From Antedon mediterranea (lineage: Eukaryota > Animalia > Echinodermata), in the NCBI RefSeq assembly GCF_964355755.1, contig NC_092674.1:3100001-3164000 (forward strand): 64,000 bases of DNA, given 5' to 3'. This document shows positions 24,715 through 39,462 of this stretch, one piece after another. The notes beneath the pieces were generated by a model. It did not search any database and was not told the origin of the DNA. It saw nothing but the letters and a program-made list of their open reading frames with translations. A program made the translations under genes and the position numbers. Every line of letters starts with the position of its first letter. Positions within the stretch are counted from its first letter, which is position 1.

Positions 24715-26551
24715 ATGCGGTGGAAGCGTTGTACTCTGTTTCTGGTTACTGCCATGTTGATTGTGATGCTACTATCATATAGCACACTATCTAGGCACCG
24801 GTATAGTGAGAACATCGACAACAGCAGAATACAGTTAATAAGGTATAACCACAATTATTGTGGTGAAATAATAAAATAAATAAATAGAAAAATAAATGAA
24901 AATATTACATCTGAATGTTTTAAATTGATTTAAAGATGAATTGTCATATTGAAAAAAAAAAATGTGTTTGGTTGTTAACGCCATGCATAATATTATAGTT
25001 ATTGACATGAGCAGGTGTTTATTCACTTTGACGCTTTGAAATTGTTACTTAACCATTTTAGTGTAACACCTCTCATACCATAGTGGACCATAGTAATATA
25101 CTGTGATCAATGATGTAAAATGCAATTACGAACTCTTTATTTTTAAATGCCTTTAGTATTTTGTGGACCAGATCAATTATAGCGTGGGAGGTTAAATGAT
25201 TGTTTCGTAAGCCGTATTGCCAATCATTTAGTATAATATTGTATGTTTTAAAGTAATTATACACTCTGGAAATAGACTATCCTTTCAAAGATTTTAGAGA
25301 AAATCGGTAGTAGTGATATTGGGCGATACTTTGAGGCTAATTGACGGTTCCCTTTTTTGTATATAAGAATTACTTTAAAATTAAATTGGATCGGCATTCG
25401 GCAATCGGCAATATTGTCATGTGGATATACAGAACGTAGAATCGGGTGGCAAAATCACATTGTTTTTAATTGTTCTTGTTTTCAGAGTGGAACAAAGAAA
25501 TCAATCTTCCGAAAACAAAAGTAGAATGATGATGTCATCTGCAACCAATCAGCATCAAGCAAAACCATTTGATCATTTAACTACAAACGACACATGTAAA
25601 CCACAACATCAAATATTGTTCTTAAAAACTCATAAAACTGGAAGTTCAACTTTAACTTCAATTTTACAAGTGTATGGGTTTTTAAGAAATCTTACTTTTG
25701 TCGTTCCAGAAACTGCTCAAATTTTAAGCAGAGGTTTCTTTAAGGCGGACCAAGTTCGTCCTGGAAAATACGATATGTTAGTGAACCATGCAAGGTATAA
25801 CAAAACTGAAATGGAAAAAGTTATGAAACCAAACACAAAATATATTACAATAATCAGAGACCCAAGCACACAGATTGAATCAAACTTTGGATATTTCTTT
25901 CTTAACAAGGTTTTTCATTTGGAGAATGAAACCAATCCTTTTAGAACATTTGTTTTAAATCCTTTGTTTTATTGGAAAACGTATAATCGAAACCTCTTTC
26001 GTAACTACATGCGGAATCCAAATTTGTTTGATTTTGGTTTGTCTGAAACAGATCAAGAAGATATATTAACGGTTAAACAGTTTATTAAAAGATTATCAAA
26101 AGACTTCGACCTTGTCCTTATTCAAGAATATTTCAACGAGTCTTTACTTTTGCTAAAGAAAATGTTTTGCTGGGAAATGGATGACGTAATTTACTTGATA
26201 AAAGGTGAGAGGAGTAACAAAATTCGCTATACAATAGAACCCGAATTAAGAGAGACGATTCGAAACTGGTCTTGGGCCGATGCGATGTTATATGAGCATT
26301 TTAATAAAACATTTTGGCGAAAAGTAGATGATTATGGACCTTCGTTTAAAGCAGATCTTCAAGAATTTGAATTTAAGCTAAATAAAATGTTTCACAACTG
26401 CACGTTGCCGAGAATTTACGACAACACTCGGGAAAGATTCTACCAAAGAAACCCGAATGGGGCTCGGAAGTGTTCTCATTTGCTTAGGATTGACTTAGAC
26501 TTTACTGAATTGATACGCGATAAACAATACAGAGAAGACAAGACGACATAA
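24715..26551 (+). CDS. Galactose-3-O-sulfotransferase family protein, copy 1
   Basis: Type II TM exon 24715-24842 (MRWKRCTLFLVTAMLIVMLLSY) spliced in phase 2 to catalytic exon 25486-26551; 5'-PSB FLKTHKTGSST, 3'-PB IIRDP..ES.F.Y, FDLVLIQEYFNESLLLLK, D..LY.HFNKT. Confidence 0.92.
25073..25380 (-). mobile_element. CR1/L2-type reverse-transcriptase fragment in the Gal3ST-1 intron (duplicated at ~27574-27880)
   Basis: YRPISLLPIFSKIFERIV...QYGLRNNHLTSHAIIDLV motif, frameshifted. Confidence 0.75.
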
Positions 26552-27983
26552 TCATATTTGTGTGGTCGATGCTAATTTATATTCAATGTCATCACTCCTA
26601 AGCTTGGTTACCTAGTGATACAACGCAAAGATTAGACGCAACACGAGTTGACCAATGACAACCAACAGTATCCATCAATCTACGTCCTAGCGTTGTGTTC
26701 AATGTCGTCACTCCTAACTTGGTTATCTGTGATACAACGCAAAGATGTGGCCGCAACGTAAGCGAGTTGACCAATGATGACCGACAGTATCCATCGATTG
26801 ATTGGTCAGCTCGTGTTGCGTTTCTGTCCTAGCGTTGCGCGTCACTAGTGTGAACTAAGCTTTAATAAGCTTTTCTGAATAAAAAATTATTTGTTTTTGA
26901 AATCGAACAAATTGTGTCAGTTATTGTAGGCCTACTGGTTGAATTAGTTTGTAAAATAATGCGTTTCATGTTTTAAAAAGTAACACTGCCCTCTATTCAG
27001 GAACAGGCTCTTATACCATAGTATTTTTAATATTGACTGACAGGCCCTATACCAAATTATTTTGTCAAATCAAGTAGTATTAATTACAATCTAAAGTACA
27101 GAGAAAGGCATTCTCACTCGGACGTTAAAATAAATACAGGTAGGTAGTTATCGTTTCTAAAATCAATATTAGTCATGATTGTTGGAAGCAGGTTAAGCTT
27201 AGTACTTTATTTGATGTTGTAGGCCTATGTATAATAATAGTTACAATAAAAACCATAGAAGAAATAACTACGACCCGGATGCTCTTCGGAGAGTATAGCA
27301 GCGGCATGTCGAGACCTATTATTTACTATACCTACAAAGTATAACCTATAACACCAATTATCACCACGGACGAATAACCAATTATCTCACTCCTTGAAAA
27401 GTATTAAACTTTACCTAGTGGCCTACATTGATTTCAACTAAACAACATATACTATAAAGATGTTAAGAGCCACCAAGGCCACCATGCATAATATTATAGT
27501 TATTGACATGAGCAGGTGTTTATTCACTTTGACGCTTTGAAATTGTTACTTAACCATTTTAGTGTAACACCTCTCATACCATAGTGGACCATAGTAATAT
27601 ACTGTGATCAATGATGTAAAATGCAATTACGAACTCTTTATTTTTAAATGCCTTTAGTATTTTGTGGACCAAATCAATTATAGCGTGGGAAGTTAAATGA
27701 TTGTTTCGTAAGCCGTATTGCCAATCATTTAGTATAATATTGTATGTTTTAAAGTAATTATACACTCTGGAAATAGACTATCCTTTCAAAGATTTTAGAG
27801 AAAATCGGTAGTGATATTGGACGATAATTTGAGGCTAATTGACGGTTCCCTTTTTTGTATATAAGAATTACTTTAAAATTAAATTGGATCGGCATTCGGC
27901 AATCGGCAATATTGTCATGTGGATATACAGAACGTAGAATCGGGTGGCAAAATCACATTGTTTTTAATTGTTCTTGTTTTCAG

Positions 27984-29049
27984 AGTGGAACAAAGAAATC
28001 AATCTTCCGAAAACAAAAGTAGAATGATGATGTCATCTGCAACCAATCAGCATCAAGCAAAACCATTTGATCATTTAACTACAAACGACACATGTAAACC
28101 ACAACATCAAATATTGTTCTTAAAAACTCATAAAACTGGAAGTTCAACTTTAACTTCAATTTTACAAGTGTATGGGTTTTTAAGAAATCTTACTTTTGTC
28201 GTTCCAGAAACTGCTCAAATTTTAAGCAGAGGTTTCTTTAAGGCGGACCAAGTTCGTCCTGGAAAATACGATATGTTAGTGAACCATGCAAGGTATAACA
28301 AAACTGAAATGGAAAAAGTTATGAAACCAAACACAAAATATATTACAATAATCAGAGACCCAAGCACACAGATTGAATCAAACTTTGGATATTTCTTTCT
28401 TAACAAGGTTTTTCATTTGGAGAATGAAACCAATCCTTTTAGAACATTTGTTTTAAATCCTTTGTTTTATTGGAAAACGTATAATCGAAACCTCTTTCGT
28501 AACTACATGCGGAATCCAAATTTATTTGATTTTGGTTTGTCTGAAACAGATCAGGAAGATATATTAACGGTTAAACAGTTTATTAAAAGATTATCAAAAG
28601 ACTTTGACCTTGTCCTTATTCAAGAATATTTCAACGAGTCTTTACTTTTGCTAAAGAAAATGTTTTGCTGGGAAATGGATGACGTAATTTACTTGATAAA
28701 AGGTGAGAGGAGTAACAAAATTCGCTATACAATAGAACCCGAATTAAGAGAGACGATTCGAAACTGGTCTTGGGCCGATGCGATGTTATATGAGCATTTT
28801 AATAAAACATTTTGGCGAAAAGTAGATGATTATGGACCTTCGTTTAAAGCAGATCTTCAAGAATTTGAATTTAAGCTAAATAAAATGTTTCACAACTGCA
28901 CGTTGCCGAGAATTTACGACAACACTCGGGAAAGATTCTACCAAAGAAACCCGAATGGGGCTCGGAAGTGTTCTCATTTGCTTAGGATTGACTTAGACTT
29001 TACTGAATTGATACGCGATAAACAATACAGAGAAGACAAGACGACATAA
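27984..29049 (+). CDS. Gal3ST copy 2: catalytic exon only, protein identical to copy 1, no dedicated TM exon
   Basis: ORF 27919-29049 translates identically to 25421-26551; acceptor ttttcag at 27983; lies inside the 2.5-kb tandem duplication. Confidence 0.8.
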
Positions 29050-31125
29050 TCATATTTGTGTGGTCGATGCTAATTTATATTCAATGTCATCACTCCTAAG
29101 CTTGGTTACCTAGTGATACAACGCAAAGATTAGACGCAACACGAGTTGACCAATGACAACCAACAGTATCCATCAATCTACGTCCTAGCGTTGTGTTCAA
29201 TGTCGTCACTTCTAACTTGGTTATCTGTGATACAACGCAAAGATGTGGCCGCAACGTAAGCGAGTTGACCAATGATGACCGACAGTATCCATCGATTGAT
29301 TGGTCAGCTCGTGTTGCGTTTCTGTCCTAGCGTTGCGCGTCACTAGTGTGAACTAAGCTTTAATAAGCTTTTCTGAATAAAAAATTATTTGTTTTTGAAA
29401 TCGAACAAATTGTGTCAGTTATTGTAGGCCTACTGGTTGAATTATTTTGTAAAATAATGCGTTTCATGTTTTAAAAAGTAACACTGCCCTCTATTCAGGA
29501 ACAGGCTCTTATACCATAGTATTTTTAATATTGACTATGAGTACTGACAGGCCCTATACCAAATTATTTTGTCAAATCAAGTAGTATTAATTACAATCTA
29601 AAGTACAGAGAAAGGCATTCTCACTCGGACGTTAGAATAAATACAGGTAGGTAGTTATCGTTTCTAAAATCAATATTAGTCATGATTGTTGGAAGCAGGT
29701 TTAAGCTTAGTACTTTATTTGATGTTGTAGGCCTATGTATAATAATAGTTACAATAAAAACCATAGAAGAAATAACTACGACCCGGATGCTCTTCGGAGA
29801 GTATAGCAGCAGCATGTTGAGACCTATTAATTACTATAACTATAAAGTATAACCTATAACACCAATTATCACCACGGACGAATAACCAATTCTCTCACTC
29901 CTCGCAAAGTATTAAACTTTACCTAGTGGCCTACATTGATTTCAAATAAACAACATATACTATAAAGATTTTAAGAGCCACCAAGTCCAACAAAAAATTA
30001 GGCTGGGATATGCTATTTTGAAATATATCAGCGTTTTAAAATATTATAAAGATAATTTTAATGAATAAACGGAAAAGAGTATATATACTACATTAAATCA
30101 TGGTTACTTCTCTATGATTAATAATACCGTAAATCTTCTAATTGTAACTCTGTGTTATTATTCTTTGATTGTTTGTGGGTGGGTTACTATTTGGGTTACT
30201 ATCTTAAATTAGGCACCTGAAAATAGTAATCCACCCTTTTTTCTAGCTAGTAAATCTAATTTATAGTATTGTAATACTCACAAAAGAGTTCATTCAACAA
30301 CAATTGGGGCAGCTTTAATTCTTTCATTCGTTGCTGCATCAATACTATGCGATGTGTCGCCATTGTGTGCGGCCTAAAGCAGCTGAAAAGTGTACCTCCT
30401 TTGTTCTTTTTTGTCAAGGTTAAAAGTTTAAAGCACCTCTGTTTATTTTGTATATCTCATTCCATTATTATATTATTTTTAGTGTATTTGTATATGTTTT
30501 TATTTTTGATTATGGAATAAAAATGTCGATGATTGATAATAAGTTAATTAGTTTGGGTATTGATTCTTAAGACATAACATCAGTCAGAATAACTACATTT
30601 TCACATTGTTTTACGTAATGTCCAAGCACTCAAGGATCTTTCTCTAGACACGTTTTCTTATATATTATTGCGTAATCTATGCTATAGGTTTGCTCTGAAT
30701 TGTTTGAAAAGTATCATTTTCGAAAATGGTTTCCAGTGAAGAATGTAAGTAACATGAAACTATAAGACTTGGAAGTATTAACAACCCAAATGCATAGTTG
30801 AAAGATATAGAAAAAGTGCAGTTCCATACCTTATCTCGCTTATAAATGATAATAATATTAATAATAATATTTAGAATATGTAAATATCCTTGTAATTCAG
30901 CTTTGGCTGCGATGACGATATTTGAAATAAATGAAATAAAAAATCTTGCTGTTGATTGAATAAATATATATATTTTGTACATTGAATAATTGTGTGCCAT
31001 CGTTATTGTCTAGGCCCTCGACACGACTGCCGTTACAGTATGTAGCATTATGTATCCTACTATAATAAGGAATTAACGATCTATAGAAGGTAATTCATTT
31101 CATAAATTTTGTTCTTTCAGTTAAA

Positions 31126-33490
<2,365 letters not shown>

Positions 33491-33984
33491 AACATTACAT
33501 CATGTTGTGTACTTTGCTCTTCGGTTCGTTAAAGCACGTGACACGCGAGTCCAAAATATTCAAAATCTTCAAATCTTTTGTTGCAAATAGCATTCATTAT
33601 ATTAGTTCAAACATTAGCCAATAATGTATACTGTTGTTTTTTGTTTTACATTTTGCAATCAAGTTAATAGTTTTTACACATGTGTATTACAAAGTTTAAA
33701 CAATAAACGAGAGGAAAAATCAACTTAACAGCTACACAAAACAATGTAAAAGAACACTAACACTTTTGTCATAGGAACTTTCGTGCTCAGCATACATAAT
33801 TACTTAACGTTATTAAAAAACTTTCTAAAGACTACTATGTAACAATACAAAAATACTTATACAACAAAATTGACAATAAAAAGACATTTTAAATTAAAAC
33901 AGTTCAAATTGTTTTGACAGAATTACATTTCGTAGTATTCAAGCACGGCCTGTGTACATTCTATGCAAAGTTTTCATTTTTTAA

Positions 33985-34302
33985 AGATGTATTGTCCCCT
34001 AAAAACATGAAAAATATAGACTTTGAATAGTTATTTTGTAGTTTAATGTAGGTTAACGTAGAAAACAACAGGGGAAAACGTGTTTTTCACTTATAAAATG
34101 ACAAATAAATGATTAAATTCAACCAAAAAGCCATTGGCTGGCAGCCAATTGAATTTTCTGCTTTAAATTACAGTTTTTTTTCAGGTAAATCTTTTTTTTT
34201 TCGATTTAATTTGTACCCAAAGTGGATAACTATTATGTGACATTAAAATGGCATATTAAAAAAAAATTGTAAACATTATCTTTTCAGGGGGACAATATAT
34301 CT
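33985..34302. mobile_element. Kolobok-like MITE with TTAA target site
   Basis: ttaa|agatgtattgtcccc ... ggggacaatatatct|ttaa. Confidence 0.7.
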
Positions 34303-34813
34303 TTAAGTAGAACAATAGTTGAATCTTTGACATGCGTTGAAGTAAAATGGTGTTAAGACTTTTTTAACGATCCCGATCCTGGCGTAACTTAGTATAAAGT
34401 ATTTCTGACAAAAAGCTGGTTTGTCGAAAACCGCTTATCAAATCCTCGCATTCAATTGTGTTTGCGTATAATAGCGCCGCCACCTTTAATGTCCTAATGC
34501 ATATTCCATTATCTTTTGAATTATTTATGATTTCTGCCTGAGACGTCGAGTTTTAATATTAATATTATGTTATAGCATAGCTTTCGAAAAGTAGGCTACG
34601 TCACTCCATCGCATAAACCCCGCGGCGTTTATTGATTTACAATTTACATTTTCTTTTGTTTAATCAATATTATGTTTCATTTCAGAAGAAAATAAATGTT
34701 TATTTCTATGGATTTCCTCGAATAAACGTCCCGCCACCTGCACATAATCATTTTACAGCACATTTGTATTTGTAGTAGAATTCATTGACTGCCATAATCT
34801 ACAGTTGACCAAG

Positions 34814-37800
34814 TAGGCTAGTCAATCTAGCATTTTGAGTGAAACAAATTGCAAACAGAGATTTTTTTTTTTTTTATGGTTACATATGATAAGGTGATTA
34901 TTTATTACGGAAGCCCGTTCGGGCCACAAGTTAACTATATTTTAAAAGCTGTTATCTGTTACGCCGAATACTGAAAGAGCCGAACGTAATGGTAAAGGGG
35001 CCGAATAGAAATGCGCCGAATGCTAAAAGAGCCGAACGTAATGGTAAAAGACCCGAATAGAATTAAAGTTTGCTGCCGGAGGCGGCGATGGCGTTCCATA
35101 TGCAACATCGCCTCTGATCCAATGCACGTACATGTCACGTGACGGGACATGTACTAATTATTAAGTGGCGGCCGCCAGATAATTAAGTGGCGGCCGCCAG
35201 ATAATTAAGTGGCGGCCGCCAGATAATTAAGTGGCGGCCGCCAGATAATTAAGTGGCGGCCGCCAGATAACAGCTTTTAAAATATAGTTAACTTTTGGCC
35301 CGAACGGGCTTCCGTAATTTTTTGAGCATCACACCTCTGACACTCATCCCGAAGGTATGCAAATTAGCTTAAATATGCAAATTAGGGTGAAATTACAGGG
35401 TTACCATATCTTAAAAACTACTAATCGTAGAGAGTTCATTTTTGCACAGTCTGGTTCAGAATATATATATTTATATTTGCTCTAATGAGAAACTTTACAT
35501 AAAAATGTCCGGAAGTACCAAATTTTGACCCTTGACCCCATTTCTCAATATTTACATAAATATGTGATTAAAATGTCTGTAGAGACTTTATTTTGGACTC
35601 AATCACTTGGATATTGTTTTTCAATACCCACCATAGAACTGTATTATAATTCCTAAAATCACAACTTCGTCACGCATCTCGAAAGTATGCAAATTAGTAG
35701 TACAAGTAATATTAAATATGCAAATTAGGGAGTGAAATTACAGCGTTGCCATATCTCGAAAACCGCTAATGCTAGAGTGTTGATTTTTTCACTAAAATAT
35801 TTAAAATGTATATATTTATATTTGCTGTAATGAGACATTTTACAAAAAAATGCCCGGAACTATGACATTTGACCCTCGACCCCATTTCTCAATATTGCAT
35901 ATATATAATGAAAACTAAAATGTCTGTAGAGACTTTGTTTTGCCATCAAATGACTCGGATACAGGTTTCTAATAGCCAACATAGGAATGTTTAGTAAATC
36001 TCAAAATCACACCTGTATCACTCACCTTCAAAGTATGCAAATTATTAGTACAAGTTACATGAAATATGCAAATTAGGGGGTGAAATATTACAGGTTCCTA
36101 TATGTATCGAAAACCGCTAAGGTAGAGAGTTGATTTTTTCAAAAACTTGTTCAGAATATACATATTTATATTTGCTCTAATGAAACATTTTACGAAAAAA
36201 TGACCGGAAATACAACAATTGACCCTTGACCCTATTTATCAATGTTTGCATACATAATGCGACTAAAATGTCTGTAGATAATTTGTTTGGACTCAAATGA
36301 CTCGGATACAGTTTTCCTATTGTCAGCATAGGACCTCTTTGTAATTCCCAAAATCACATCTTTGTCACATACCTTGAAAGTATGCAAATTATTAGTACAA
36401 GTTACATGAAATATGCAAATTAGAGGTGAAATTACAGTCTTCCCATATCTCGAAAACCATTAATGCTAGAGAGTTGATTTGAATTCAGAGTTGATTCAGA
36501 ATGTACATATTTATATTCGCTGTAATGAAACATTTTATGCAAAAATTGTCTTGATTGAATTATGACATTTGACCCTTGACCCTATTTCTCAATATTTTCA
36601 TATAATTCAACTAAAATATCTGTACAGACTGTTTTGGCCTCAAATGACTCAGATACAGGTTTTCTATAGCCAGCATAGAATTGTAGTAATTCTCAAAATC
36701 ACACCTTTGTTACTTCCCTAGAAAATATGCAAATTAGTAGTACAAGAGGTGAAAGTTGCCATATCTCTATCGGTCATTAGCGTTTTTCGAGATACATAAG
36801 GCTGTAATTTGCATATTTCATATAACTTGTACTAATAATTTGCATACTTTCGAGTTGCTTGACTTTTGGAATTACTAAACGATCCTATACTGGCTATTAT
36901 AAAACCTGTATCCAAGTCATTTGAGGCCAAAACAAAGTATGTACATACATTTTAGTTGCATTATATGAAAATATTGAGAAATAGGTTCGAGGGTCAAATG
37001 TCATACTTTCGATAATTTTTTTTTTCAATAATGACCCAGATACAGGTTTTCTATAGCCAGCATAGAACTGTTTAGTAATTCTCAAAATCACACCTCTGTT
37101 ACTTCGCTTGAAAGTATGCAAATCAGTAGTACAAGAAAGTTGCCATATCTCTCTCTCGGTCATTAGCGTTTTCGAGATACATAAGGCAATTCACTGTAAC
37201 TTGCATATTTCATATAGCTTGTACTACTAATTTGCATACTTTCGAGGTGCTTGACTTATACTGGCTATATAAAACCTGTATCCGAGTCATTTGAGGCCAA
37301 AACAAAGTCTGTACATACATTTTAGTTGCATTATATGCAAATATTGAGAAATAATAATAATAATATCCTGGATTTATATAGCGCCTAATGTTGTGTAACC
37401 TCTAAGCGCTGTACATAAACTAATACGAAAAAAGGGAATTCCAACCATGCCAAAACGAAGGCGTGATTTTGGGAATTACAAAGCGGTCCTATGCTGACTA
37501 TAGGAAACATGTATCCGAGTTATTTGAGTCCAAAACAAAGTCTCTACAGACATTTTAGTCGCATTATGTATGCAAACATTAATAAATGGGGTCGAGGGTC
37601 AATTGTTGTATTTCCGGTTATTTTTTCGTAAAATGTTTCATTAGAGTAAATATAAATATGTACATTCTGAACAAGTTATTGAAAAAATCAACTCTCTAGC
37701 CTTAGTGGTTTTCGATATATAGGAACCTTTAATTTCACCCTCTAATTTGCATATTCCATGTAACTTGTACTAATAATTTGCATACTTTGGAGGTGAGTGA

Positions 37801-38599
37801 TACAGGTGTGATTTTGAGATCTACTAAACAGTCCTATGTTGGCTATTAGAAACCTGTATCGGAGTCATTTGAGGGCAAAACAAAGTCTCTACAGACATTT
37901 TAGTTTCATTTATATATGCAATATTGAGAAATGGGGTCGAGGGTCAAATGTCATACTTCCGGTCAATTTTTTGTAAAATGTTTCATTGGAGCAAATGGAA
38001 ATATGTACATTTTGAATACGGCTGTGAAAAAATCAGCTCTCTAGCATTAGTGGTTTTCGAGATATAGGACAACTGTAATTTTTTCCCCTTATTTGCATAT
38101 TTTATTTAAATTGTACTACTAATTTGCATACTTTCGAGGTGTGTGAAAAAGGTGTGATTTTGGGAATTACAAAGTGATCCTATGCTGGCTATTAGGAACC
38201 TATGTCTGGGTCATTTGAGGGCAAAATAAAGTCTCTACAGACATTTTAGTCACATTGTATATGCAAACATTGAGAAATGGGGTCGAAGGTCAAATGTTGT
38301 ACTTCCGGTCATTTTTTCGTAAAATGTTTCATTAGAGTAAATATAAATATATACATTTAGAATAGATCAGTGAAAAAATCAACTCTCTCGGACTATTAGT
38401 TTTTGAGATATGGTAACCTTGTAATTTCACCCTAATTTGCATATTTAAGCTAATTTGCATATCATCGGGATGAGTGACAGCAGAGGTGTGATGCTCAAAT
38501 GTTGATCTCCTCATCATATATGACCATTTAAAAAAGAAAAATCTCTGTTTGCAATTTGTTTCACTTTGGGCTGTTTTTTTTGCTAGATTGACTAGCCTA
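34814..38599. mobile_element. 3.8-kb foldback-type element with long modular inverted arms
   Basis: Ends taggctagtcaatctagca / tgctagattgactagccta; left arm of ~360-bp direct repeats mirrored by inverted copies in the right arm. Confidence 0.8.
34906..35316. mobile_element. MITE nested in the left arm of the foldback element
   Basis: ~50-bp TIR tacggaagcccgttcgggcc...gctgttatctg; internal 22-bp repeat aattaagtggcggccgccagat x5; TA at both ends. Confidence 0.8.
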
Positions 38600-38816
38600 A
38601 AGCATTTTGATATGAATTTTCAGTATTTTATCCGTTTTTGATTATTTTATTTTTTTTATATCCTAGGGGTATTTATGGTATTATTACATGATATTATATT
38701 ACGCCTCCTTCCCTACCCAATGTTTACTCCCCCACCCCCTAAAAATCCTCCTGAACAATACATTCACCGAGGCGTTTACTCGAATAAATACGGTGCAGTA
38801 TATATTTTAAAATGAA

Positions 38817-39035
38817 CACTGCCCTCATGTGTAATGTTGTCAGGGGGACAATACTCTAATCATATCGCGTTTAATAAAGGACCGGAACTGCATGATGGAT
38901 GGAAGTTTGGCTGCTTGTAATCTGCGTGTGTTATTATACAAACAAGATAACATTCTTCAATTTAATTACTAGTACCTTATCAATTAGGTACACAACAAGT
39001 GGATATATATCAAATTGTAGTTGCAGTATATACAG
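38817..39035 (+). promoter_or_regulatory. Putative promoter and non-coding first exon of Gal3ST copy 4
   Basis: Homologous to 53879-54109 upstream of copy 5: actgccctc motif, ccttatcaattaggt, gtggata, donor g|gtaggtccgt. Confidence 0.55.
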
Positions 39036-39462
39036 GTAGGTCCGTCATTTTCTGCACGTAGAATCTGTTTCTATCCTGCCTCCTATCCTAGAATAACATT
39101 ATAAGATTAAGATTCTATATTTTTCCCCGCCGTAGATATTAGTATTTCTCGCTTACCCTTCACTGTTACTGCTCGTCTGTACTGTAAATTGCGTATAGGT
39201 CTTTATGTTATTTGGATGTAAATTTAAACTGTTGTGTTATTTTGTGCTGTTAAAACGGTCTAGAAACCTGCATGTCAAATGCTAATTCTGTTTACATACG
39301 GTTTTGAACGGTAAGTGATGATCCGGATGGACCGTACGTAAGTACTGTCCACCAGCCTAACTAGAACAGTAGCCTGTTGTATTAATTAGTAATACTTAAA
39401 ACGACGTATTGTTATTCATTCTTTTTAGTTCTCTAATGTTTTGTATTCACAATTGCCAAGAA

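Larger units (their letters stand above)
24981..29989 (+). repeat. ~2.5-kb near-identical tandem duplication (units ~24981-27481 and ~27482-29989)
   Basis: Both units start ccatgcataatattatagttattgacatgag and end aagagccaccaag(g/t)cca; only scattered SNPs and small indels. Confidence 0.95.

Noticed and set aside
25421-25485. N-terminal extensions of the Gal3ST ORFs in the ORF track
   Set aside because: They lie upstream of clear splice acceptors and are intronic; the true N-termini come from separate TM exons.
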